Positions 40,768 through 48,874 of a DNA stretch of 64,000 nucleotides are shown one piece after another. Source of the DNA: a virus; the IMG/VR virus record IMGVR_UViG_3300045988_164919, positions 1-64,000 of that record. One strand, 5' to 3'. The notes under the pieces were generated by a model that worked only from the letters and a program-made list of their open reading frames with translations, was not told the origin of the DNA and ran no database searches. Both the position numbers and the translations under genes were made by a program. How positions within the stretch are numbered: the first letter of the stretch is position 1; each line of letters starts with the position of its first letter.

Positions 40768-41505
40768 CTTACTACTCTATGTCACCATAGCCACATTTCT
40801 GTGTTGTAGTCTGGAATACGTCTTTATCATATGCACGACTTGCACTTAGATAGTTGGTATATACTCTCTACACATTTATTTGGAACAATTTTTTCCACGA
40901 TAAGAAGAGGTTTTGGCATGACAATTTGGACATAATAATTGAAAATTATCTAATTCATTATGAAAATGATTTCCATCTTTATGATGAAGTTCTAAAGGAA
41001 TTGGGTCTCCTAACCATTCGGTTAATCCACAACATTCACATTTATACTCTTTATAACCTTCATCAAGAAGTTTTTTTCTTACTTTATTACTCTGTATATC
41101 AATACTTTTTTCCAAGTATTCTAACAAAGATAATTCATGTCCATTAGGTTTTGACAATCCTTTACAACCTTGATTTCCAGCATATTCAAGGCCAAGCTTT
41201 TTTAATACTGGATTAATTGTTTTAGGATTACAACCTAATTCTCTTGCCATTTGAGCTTTAGTCTTACCTTCAGTAATCCATTGCTCAATTTCTTCTTTGC
41301 GTTCTAAAATATCAGTTCTCATTTATATTACCTCTCTTTCATTATTATTTAAAAATTAAAAGAGGCATTTTAATGAGTGTCGTCCAATTTTTTAGAATGT
41401 GTTCCAAAACTTAGCACGGCGTTCTCTTAGCCATTCACCGTTTTAGCCAACTTCTGCTCTAAAAGTTTCCTCTTAGGCACTCCATTTTAACGTTTGCTAA
41501 GTCAA
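40768..41505 (-). mobile_element. group I-like self-splicing intron in tRNA-Leu(UAA), carrying an HNH homing endonuclease ORF
   Basis: 5-prime splice site follows U and the intron ends ...GTAAG; candidate internal guide sequence GAGTGCC can pair with exon end GGGACTT (one mismatch, G.U at the splice site); R-like CCAGACTACA and GNRA-capped hairpins (CACA-GAAA-TGTG, CTATG-GTGA-CATAG) near the 3-prime end; the ORF sits in a peripheral loop. Confidence 0.5.
40876..41322 (-). CDS. HNH homing endonuclease (intron-encoded)
   Basis: CECCG...LELHHKDGNHFHNELDNFQLLCPNCHAKT HNH motif; N-terminal HTH KAQMARELGCNPKTINPVLKKLG. Confidence 0.75.
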   Translation of the reverse strand: MRTDILERKEEIEQWITEGKTKAQMARELGCNPKTINPVLKKLGLEYAGNQGCKGLSKPNGHELSLLEYLEKSIDIQSNKVRKKLLDEGYKEYKCECCGLTEWLGDPIPLELHHKDGNHFHNELDNFQLLCPNCHAKTSSYRGKNCSK

Positions 41506-41640
41506 AAGTCCCTTGTGTCTACCATTCCACCACACCGGCAAATAAACTATATTAATTAAATCAAGGCTCAATTTTGAAAAATAATATAATTCATTTTAGG
41601 TGAACTTTCAAAAGTAAATTTGCTGCATGAGCCTTACGCC

Positions 41641-41715
41641 TGGCACCGGCTCTCAGAGTCGAACTGAGACTTGCTGATTTAGAGTCAGCTGAGCTAACCG
41701 TTACCCAAAGCCGGA
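41641..41715 (-). tRNA. suppressor tRNA with anticodon CUA, decoding UAG
   Basis: Reverse complement TCCGGCTTTGGGTAACGGTTAGCTCAGCTGACTCTAAATCAGCAAGTCTCAGTTCGACTCTGAGAGCCGGTGCCA. Anticodon stem GCTGA/TCAGC, loop CTCTAAA (anticodon CUA), T-arm CTCAG-TTCGACT-CTGAG, 4-nt variable loop, G73, CCA encoded, T1.T72 mismatch. Confidence 0.7.
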
Positions 41716-41831
41716 ATATATAATTACAAGACAGTTTAATAAAGTATCTTCTTATGAACCAAAAACATATGATTATCTTTAATAAAAATTTGCTGAAACT
41801 GTCTTAGAGAAATTGTCCTAACTTCTCTTTA

Positions 41832-41870
41832 TTTTGTAAATATATTATACTAAATAATTTTTTTAAAATC
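41832..41870 (-). promoter_or_regulatory. copy of recurrent promoter motif upstream of the suppressor tRNA
   Basis: taaatatattatactaaataatttttttaaaatcaaattattc. Confidence 0.4.
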
Positions 41871-43200
41871 AAATTATTCAGTAGAATATATTTACAAAAA
41901 TTAATATATCCAATAGAAATAAACTACACCATAGCCACTAACCATTTGTTGGTCGCCTCTATGCCTACCCACGCCACTAAGTACTTCAGCTTACCTCGTT
42001 CATTAGCTATTGGAATATATTAAATTTTTGACCTACCATTAAACTTATAATACCCACCAATAGGAAGTAAATATACAGTTTTTAACAATAGGATTTTAAT
42101 TCTATAATCTAACAAAATAAATAAATAACTCTACCTATTATATGTCCTTTTCGCGAGTCCACTACGTCTCATTTTCCACGCCTTTATATGAGAGACTACC
42201 AAGGATCTTATTTCCGCACTTGGTAATGGCTTTTTGATATGTGAGCCACAAACATCCCTATTCAGCTTATTTATAGTGGAGAGCTGGCTGGTTTAGCGTA
42301 TTGTTCCACTACCTAATTAACCAAGATTAGGACGCTAATCAAATATCTGATACGTATCAGTACGGTTTCCAGATATATCATTTCACCAGACAACAGGCGA
42401 GTCAACCTTATTTGATTAGATTATGTAAGAACCCTACAGCCATAGGAGCAGGTTCCGCAGAGGCCTCTAACGATGTGGGATTGGCTACCCAATGAGGTTA
42501 ATGTGCAAGCCACCGCCTATATTAGCATCTACATAATTCATTTCAAATAAATCATTTAATGATTTATTTTTAACAGGAAAGGAAATCGTAAGTTATTAAA
42601 TAATAACTTAATTACAATTATACTACGGACCTTCGCCCTACTGGTTAATAATCTTCATTTTATTAGGTAAGTAAGGAAACAAGTCTGAGCTATGAATAGC
42701 GACTTCATAACTTCTTGCCCCGGCCTAAGCCAAATCTCACAGAGGACTGACTACCTCTATCTTTCACCGACCATTCAGAATAGTATTACCAATAATTTTT
42801 ACTAAATTAATATCATACTGTCTTGGCAAATTTCGGCTACTTGACCCTTGACCTTCTCTTATAGTAGATTACGCCACATCAATTGCCAACTTCCTTATTG
42901 GTATTTCCTTGGTTTGGCAAAGTTACCAGCCTTACCCTAACAAGGATTCGGCATTGCTGTTAACAATGCTGTCTATTATGGAAGCGAGAAGAACAGGACC
43001 TTAAATGCGATTATCCCAGCACAATCTCCCCGTAGCCGCATCCTTTGATGCGTGAATCTAATGTATCACTACAAAAGATTTAGAAATAATTTCAAAGTAT
43101 CCTTTGAATATTCCATTCTACAATCTCCGCCAGAGTAGGTCGATTTCTCAGCCTTATGGTGTTAAGTCTGCACTGAGTTGTACTATAACCGTAATTAAAT
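41870..43200 (-). ncRNA. candidate large structured noncoding RNA (about 1.3 kb, class unknown)
   Basis: No ORF of 60 aa or more in any frame over about 1.5 kb; GC is markedly higher than the genome; bounded by promoter motifs at 43225-43250 and 41832-41870; many local hairpins; the 12-mer caccatagccac (41927-41938) repeats the 3-prime-terminal element of the tRNA-Leu intron (40783-40794). Confidence 0.3.
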
Positions 43201-43224
43201 TATTATTTAATTTTTAAAGTTCAT

Positions 43225-43250
43225 TTATTATATATATATTATATAATATT
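43225..43250 (-). promoter_or_regulatory. copy of recurrent promoter motif
   Basis: tatatatattatataatattttttttaaattttcaaatttt. Confidence 0.45.
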
Positions 43251-43279
43251 TTTTTTAAATTTTCAAATTTTATTTTAAA

Positions 43280-43366
43280 TGGTAGGCCAGGTTGGACTTG
43301 AACCAACAACCGCATTAAGCACCTGATTTACAGTCAGGGGTGATACCAATTACACTGTACTGACCT
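43280..43366 (-). tRNA. tRNA-Tyr (anticodon GUA), type II
   Basis: Acceptor AGGTCAG/CTGGCCT, anticodon stem CCTGA/TCAGG with loop CTGTAAA, long variable arm, T-arm GTTGG-TTCAAGT-CCAAC, CCA encoded. Confidence 0.7.
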
Positions 43367-43370
43367 ATAT

Positions 43371-43445
43371 TGGCACTGGTGGCTGGATTTGAACCAACGA
43401 ATACAGGAGTCAAAGTCCTGTGCCTTACCGCTTGGCGACACCAGT
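43371..43445 (-). tRNA. tRNA-Gln (anticodon UUG)
   Basis: Acceptor ACTGGTG/CACCAGT, anticodon stem CAGGA/TCCTG with loop CTTTGAC, T-arm GTTGG-TTCAAAT-CCAGC, G73, CCA encoded. Confidence 0.8.
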
Positions 43446-43484
43446 AAATTATAAGTAATTAATAATTTCTTATTGATTACTTAT

Positions 43485-43520
43485 ATATTATATAATATTT
43501 TTTTTTAAAATTCAAATTTA
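43485..43520 (-). promoter_or_regulatory. copy of recurrent promoter motif
   Basis: tatatattatataatatttttttttaaaattcaaattta. Confidence 0.45.
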
Positions 43521-43589
43521 CAAGACACATTAAATAAATTAACTATTATCCTACCCTTTGGATGAATTATCTTAACAGAGATAATATTG

Positions 43590-43640
43590 GACTTGAACCA
43601 ATAACACATAGATTTTATCTAATATTTGCTGCGTGTGTCT
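43590..43640 (-). other. tRNA-like minihelix (acceptor-like stem plus T-arm only)
   Basis: Minus strand AGATAAAATCTATGTGTTATTGGTTCAAGTCCAATATTATCT: 6-bp terminal stem AGATAA/TTATCT enclosing T-arm TATTGG-TTCAAGT-CCAATA; no D or anticodon arm. Confidence 0.25.
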
Positions 43641-43794
43641 TTACTGTTAGTTATTTAACCCCGACAACCTACTAACAAAAGGGATGGTTCAGGGGAGGTT
43701 ATCTGTGTCATCTAGACCTCATTTTTTCATTCCAATACAAATCTACTTAGGGAGATCAATCCTTTTCAATTATGTATCTTTAACAGAACCCTGA

Positions 43795-43871
43795 TGGTCC
43801 GAGTGGCGAGACTTGAACTCACGGCCTCTTGATCCCAAATCAAGCGTTCTACCAAACTGAACTACACCCGG
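43795..43871 (-). tRNA. tRNA-Pro (anticodon UGG)
   Basis: Acceptor CCGGGTG/CACTCGG (one G.U), D-arm GTTC/GAAC, anticodon stem CTTGA/TCAAG with loop TTTGGGA, T-arm GTGAG-TTCAAGT-CTCGC, CCA encoded. Confidence 0.7.
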
Positions 43872-43901
43872 ATATAAAGGGTAATTAATTACCCTTATTT
43901 A

Positions 43902-44267
43902 TTACATTTCCTTAGCGAGTCTTTCAACTACGCTATCATACATTTCCTTATCTCTTGCACTATCATTGAAATACACAGTCATATCATCATAATACTTCTG
44001 TGCCTTCTCAAGTGCCTTAGCAGCTTCATCAAGCTTCTTAGTAGCACGCTTCAGACGCTGAGAACTGACCTTCGCCTGGCAACGTGCTGCGGCAAGCTGC
44101 TTACCCTTTTCAGTATCAAATGTATCCTTCGGATCACACTTGGCTACACCACGCACAGTCCTACCAGCATAAGTAGAAACTGCAACAACCTTATACGGCG
44201 TACCATCTGCCTTAGTGGGAATAAAATACTTGTACTTATCCAGAGAATATTCCATAACTTTTAACAC
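43902..44267 (-). CDS. hypothetical basic protein (121 aa) inside the tRNA cluster
   Basis: ORF with moderate GC; no TAG. Confidence 0.45.
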   Translation of the reverse strand: MLKVMEYSLDKYKYFIPTKADGTPYKVVAVSTYAGRTVRGVAKCDPKDTFDTEKGKQLAAARCQAKVSSQRLKRATKKLDEAAKALEKAQKYYDDMTVYFNDSARDKEMYDSVVERLAKEM

Positions 44268-44295
44268 CTTTTTCTCATTTATTTTTTTCTTTATT

Positions 44296-44340
44296 TTGTA
44301 TATATATTATATATTATTTTTTTAATTTTTTCAAATAAAA
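44296..44340 (-). promoter_or_regulatory. copy of recurrent promoter motif
   Basis: tatatatattatatattatttttttaattttttcaaataaaag. Confidence 0.4.
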
Positions 44341-44345
44341 GAAAA

Positions 44346-44437
44346 TAGCCAAGATTAGAATTGCCAGCAGTTTTGAGTCCCGGCCATCTAGAATCTATTA
44401 ACTAGAAACGGTTTTATTAACTATCCAATCTTGGCTA
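44346..44437 (-). other. structured element flanked by a perfect 11-bp inverted repeat (tagccaagatt...aatcttggcta)
   Basis: Inverted-repeat arms at 44346-44356 and 44427-44437 enclose about 70 nt containing the palindromic hairpin CTAG-AATCTATTAA-CTAG; not a canonical tRNA. Confidence 0.2.
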
Positions 44438-44438
44438 A

Positions 44439-44514
44439 TGGAGCCGGCAGACGGATTCGAACCCCCGACCTATTGATTACAAATCAATTGCACTACCAAC
44501 TATGCTATGCCGGC
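44439..44514 (-). tRNA. tRNA-Thr (anticodon UGU)
   Basis: Acceptor GCCGGCA/TGCCGGC, D-arm GCAT/GTGC, anticodon stem ATTGA/TCAAT with loop TTTGTAA, T-loop TTCGAAT; the T-stem GGGGG/CCGTC has one internal mismatch. Confidence 0.6.
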
Positions 44515-44545
44515 ATTTAAGAGAGAATTTATTTTTCCCTCAATT

Positions 44546-44580
44546 TCTATATATATTATATAAAATTTTTTTTAAATTTT
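44546..44580 (-). promoter_or_regulatory. copy of recurrent promoter motif
   Basis: tatatatattatataaaattttttttaaattttcaaatt. Confidence 0.45.
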
Positions 44581-45455
44581 CAAATTATACAACATAAATA
44601 ATGTGCTAATTCTAATTGATATTCTTGCTTAAAGAAAAAAGGAACTATTGAAAAAATTATAGTGAATACATCATTTCGACCGCTTAATTTAAAGCTGTTA
44701 TAAAATAATGGTAAATATTTTTCACATATTTCATTATAAGTAATTTGATCATTCTTATAATGAAAATTCTTTAAAGGATCATCACTTTTTAATGTTTTAC
44801 ATTTTAAAATATCTTTTGAAGTTACTTCTTCATATAAAGTTATTTTAGCAAATCCATTATAATGTTTATATAAATATGGACAAATAATCGGGCAAGGGTC
44901 ATTGCATAAAAGTTCAAATCTATTTCTTACTTCTATTGGAATTGATTCTAAAAACTTAAAATCTTTTATTTGTCTTCGAGGTAAAACAATTTTATCATAT
45001 TTATTTAAAAGAGACAAATAATCTGTATTTTTATTTGAAGCTATTATACTTCTTTTAATTTTAAATTTAGGATATTTATTTCTTATATATTCTTCTAAAA
45101 TAGAGGAAGAAACTAAAATTGAATTATTTTCATTTTCACATAAGGAAACGATTTTATTACAATATCTATCATACAAGTCTTCTTTTGTTAATAATGGATT
45201 TGTTAAGGTTAAAGCAATTTCTATATTATTTCCATAATAAAAATCAATAATTTCTTTTATTTTTTCTAATGAAGGTTGATAGCCTTGATTGACAGTTCCT
45301 CCATTCCAAATCATATTTGGGAATGTATCGAATATACTCTCTATAGCTACATTAAAATTGAAACATTCTGGAGCTGTCTATTGTAATTCTAAAAGAGTTT
45401 TATATATATTAAATCCAGTATAAAATCCTGGACAATTTAAATTTATTTTTTTCAT
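44580..45455 (-). CDS. paralog family A protein 1 (unknown function; N-terminal NxPGxY, IWNGG, C-terminal Cys cluster); one TAG
   Basis: MKKINLNCPGFYTGF...FPNMIWNGGTV...ELLCNDPCPIICP; paralogous to 46999..47763 and 47774..48622. Confidence 0.5.
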
Positions 45456-45462
45456 ATTTAAA

Positions 45463-46233
45463 TTATATAATATTTTTTACTTTTTATCAAATATAAAATT
45501 TTGAATAATTTGTATTCTCCATTTTTTGAATTAACTAATTTTGATATTTTGTGTTAGTAGGAGCATTTAAATAAAAATTTTTTATTTCTGAAATTTTATT
45601 TAAAAGTTCATTTCTTTTTACTATAAAATCAAAATTACTGTAATTATTAAAATTATTTTTTATATCTAAAATATATGGTTTATACATTCCTAGCTATAAA
45701 CTTTGTTTATAACTTTTTGTTTTATAATATTCAATTATTATTATTAGATCAATAAAAGATTTATAAATTAATTTATAATAATTTTTTAATTTATAATAAT
45801 TTTCTCGTAATCCAGTCTAAAATAATCTATTACTTTCATTAATTAATTGAGAATAAATGACTGGTAAATTTTCTTTAACTATATCTTCATTAATTTTTTT
45901 TATTTCTAAAGTAAATTCATTATCACTTAAATAATGATAAGGGAATAACCATCTATAATAACTATAGTTATTATTATAAAATAAATTATAAATAAAATGT
46001 TCTCCTGTATAAATCCGCCTTGAAGGATTCCAATTTATAATATTAAATTTTTTCATAAAATTATTAGACTATTCCTATGGAATTAAATTTAAATCAAAAT
46101 TTGAAATTTTTTTTAATTCTTTTTCCATATTTATAAAAGAAGAATAGATTTCAATAATATCTATATCACTTGTGTTATTATTTATTCCATGCTGGTAAGA
46201 ACCATCGATCAATCCATATAAAAAATAATCCAT
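45463..46233 (-). CDS. nucleotidyltransferase-fold protein (Pol-beta-like minimal NTase motif); several TAGs
   Basis: N-terminal MDYFLYGLIDGSYQHGINNNTSDIDIIEIY (hG[GS]...D[IV]D); in frame with ORF 45817..46056 through TAGs. Confidence 0.3.
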
Positions 46234-46235
46234 AG

Positions 46236-46871
46236 TTACCTCAATAGTATAGTTAAATTTTTTGTATGTTCAATTAATTTTTTTATTTTAAATATTGTTA
46301 AATGAAAAGCCCATTTATCAGGATAATGGTCAGTATCATGTTTATAATAAAATTTTGGTAAATGATAATATTTAGGATATAAGATATTAAATATTTCTTC
46401 ATCTGTTTGAAAATTTATATAAAACTATAATATTGATTTATATAAATTTTTATTTGGCTTTATTATAGCTATTCCGCCACTTAATCGTCCTTTAGATTCC
46501 TAGTTATCATATATTTCATAAAAACTACCATCTGGATAATCAAAAATATTATCAATATTTTCAGCAATTAAAATATCAGCATCTATAAAACAAATTTTTT
46601 TGTACTAAGTTAAAGTATAAATAAAAAATTTATTAGCGGTATCTTTATAAAAATTAGAATCTCCACAAAAATAAATTGGCTATTCTATTATTTTATAATT
46701 TATATTATTTTTTTTTAAAATTTTAAAATAAATATCTGATACATTATTAGTAGTTAATAGTAAAAATGGATATTTACTATTAACTTTTTTTAATGAAAAA
46801 TATAAGGCACAAGCACATTTAATATATTTATCAGTTGTTGCAAGTGTTACAAAGCAGTATTTGTCGTTCAT
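46236..46871 (-). CDS. glycosyltransferase family 8-like (about 4 TAGs)
   Basis: CFVTLATTDKYIKCACALYFSLKK...FLLLTT and DxD segment ICFIDADILI. Confidence 0.45.
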
Positions 46872-46998
46872 CAGTGACTCCTAAAATATCTGTTACACAA
46901 TGTTCAATAAAATCATATTGGTATTCTGGTAATAATAAATATCGAGCATAAGTACATATATTATCAATATAATTTAAAGAACGTCCCTCTAATTTATA

Positions 46999-47763
46999 CT
47001 ATTCAATACCAAGAGGATAATACAAATTATAAATATTATCTAATGTTACTGTATTCTTATAAGCAATAACTTCTGGGCTATTAACACTTTTAACTGCTTT
47101 ACAATTTAATGTATAAGGTTTTCCATAAGATAAAGCATATTCACTATTGATTTTATAATGATTAATACGATTTGGACAATTAGGAATACAAATTGCATTA
47201 CATAATAATTCAATTTTATTTTTTAAATTTAAAGGAATTTGTTTTAAAAAATCTATATTAGAATTTAAATCATAATCTAAACAAATAAATTTATATTGAG
47301 CTTTCTTAATTTCATTTAAACTTTGTTCTAAATTTGTAATTCTTTTAGTGGTTGAAGAAATAAAATTATACTTATTATATTTATTTCTAATATATTCTTC
47401 TAACCCTTCATTATTAATTACAATTTCATTCAATCCATTATTTCCAATAGCTAAAATGAGATTTTCAAAACGACTATTATAATTTTCTTTAGTTAATAAC
47501 TAATTTGTAAAAACTAATCTGACCGCAATATTATAAGAATTATAAAAATTAAAAATTTCCTCAATATCTTTTTTTAAAGCCTAATGAGTTTTAAAATTAG
47601 TAAAAGTTCTGCCGCCTTCCCAAGAACAAAATTGGAAATTTCCATAACAAGCATGAATTGTAATATTTTTATTAAAAATTTCTGGCTATTTATTAAGTTG
47701 TTCAATTGTTAATTTATTTAATTGGTATGTTTCATACATACCTGGTAAATTAAAATTAATCAT
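46999..47763 (-). CDS. paralog family A protein 2 (3 TAGs)
   Basis: MINFNLPGMYETYQ...EEYIRNKY...ELLCNAICIPNCPNRINHY. Confidence 0.5.
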
Positions 47764-47773
47764 TACTTATATT

Positions 47774-48622
47774 TTATCTCCTTATAAATAATTCTTGAAA
47801 GGCATATTCTTTAAATTCTGGTTTAATAAAATAATTAATTAAAAATAGACCGTATTCATTTTCATTGTTAGAGAAATAATCTATTAAAAAATTAGTGATA
47901 CCCATAGGGATATAAATATCTTTAATTTCTTTAATCGTTATATATTGTTTATTATTTATAGAATTTTTACAATTACAAAATGTAGGTTCAAATGTATAAT
48001 TTAATATATTATTATTTTCTACTATTGGACATTGAAAATAATTTTTACATTTTGGATTACAAAGATTATTAACTGGAATTATAATATTTTCTTTATTATT
48101 AATTTCATTTAAATATTGCTGTGAAGTTTTAAACTCGTTAGGGATTATTATATATAATGGATTTAAATTTTGATGAAAATTATTTATAATATCGGGAGTA
48201 AGAGGATATAAGATATTAGCATTTTTAGAAATAACATATTTCAAATTAGGAAATTTGTTATTTATATAATTTAATAAATCTAAATTACTAATTTCAAAAA
48301 TGCAATTATTTGGTAATAATTTTAAAATTACATTACTCATTACATCATAGAAATCTGATTTTTCTAATAAAATATTAGAAAAATCTAACCACAAAGGTAA
48401 ATTACTTTGCTTAATTATTAATTCTATATTAGGATACAATAAAGTATCACCAACCATGTTATTTAATCCTCCATTCCAAATATTATAAGGGAATGTCCCT
48501 CTAATATAGGAAAAAACTATGTTTTTATCAAGAAGCCAATTAGTATGGCTTCTTGATAAATTAATAAATTTATCATTTACAGTATGAAAATAGTAAAAAT
48601 CAGGTAAGGTAAATTTAATCAA
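47774..48622 (-). CDS. paralog family A protein 3 (no TAG)
   Basis: MIKFTLPDFYYF...FPYNIWNGG...NLCNPKCKNYFQCP; RBS AGGAGAATAAAATTG. Confidence 0.5.
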   Translation of the reverse strand: MIKFTLPDFYYFHTVNDKFINLSRSHTNWLLDKNIVFSYIRGTFPYNIWNGGLNNMVGDTLLYPNIELIIKQSNLPLWLDFSNILLEKSDFYDVMSNVILKLLPNNCIFEISNLDLLNYINNKFPNLKYVISKNANILYPLTPDIINNFHQNLNPLYIIIPNEFKTSQQYLNEINNKENIIIPVNNLCNPKCKNYFQCPIVENNNILNYTFEPTFCNCKNSINNKQYITIKEIKDIYIPMGITNFLIDYFSNNENEYGLFLINYFIKPEFKEYAFQELFIRR

Positions 48623-48874
48623 TTTTATTCTCCTATAGAATATAGCTAATTTGTTAATTTATTTAATTCTTTTGAATAATCTATATTTAAATCTTTTAGT
48701 CGTAAATCCTAATTCTATAATAAATTTGCTAAGGTATAAATTATTTTTTTATTGACTTCTGGATTTGGTTCTTCTAAAGTAACCATATTATTGTATATAA
48801 CAAATAATAAATCCATATATCCCTTATTTTCTTTTATAATATTATTTGTAATTTCTTTTAAAATATTATCTAAA

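Larger units (their letters stand above)
40716..41539 (-). tRNA. tRNA-Leu (anticodon UAA), split gene: exon 1 41506-41539, exon 2 40716-40767, interrupted in the anticodon loop between U34 and A35 by a 738-bp intron
   Basis: Exon 1 GCCGGTGTGGTGGAATGGTAGACACAAGGGACTT; exon 2 AAAATCCCTCGGTGGCAACACCATGCGGGTTCGAGTCCCGCCACCGGCACCA. The joined 86-nt molecule has a 7-bp acceptor stem, anticodon stem AGGGA/TCCCT, loop CTTAAAA, a long variable arm (type II) and T-arm GCGGG-TTCGAGT-CCCGC. Confidence 0.6.

Noticed and set aside
40200-44520. rRNA genes, tmRNA or RNase P RNA in the ORF-free region
   Set aside because: I found no matches to the conserved RNase P strings (GGAAAGTCCGG, ACAGAACCCGGCTTA) or to the tmRNA tRNA-like ends with a tag-peptide ORF, and no 16S/23S-like conserved stretches. 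This is a by-eye check only, so the regions remain class-unknown ncRNA candidates.
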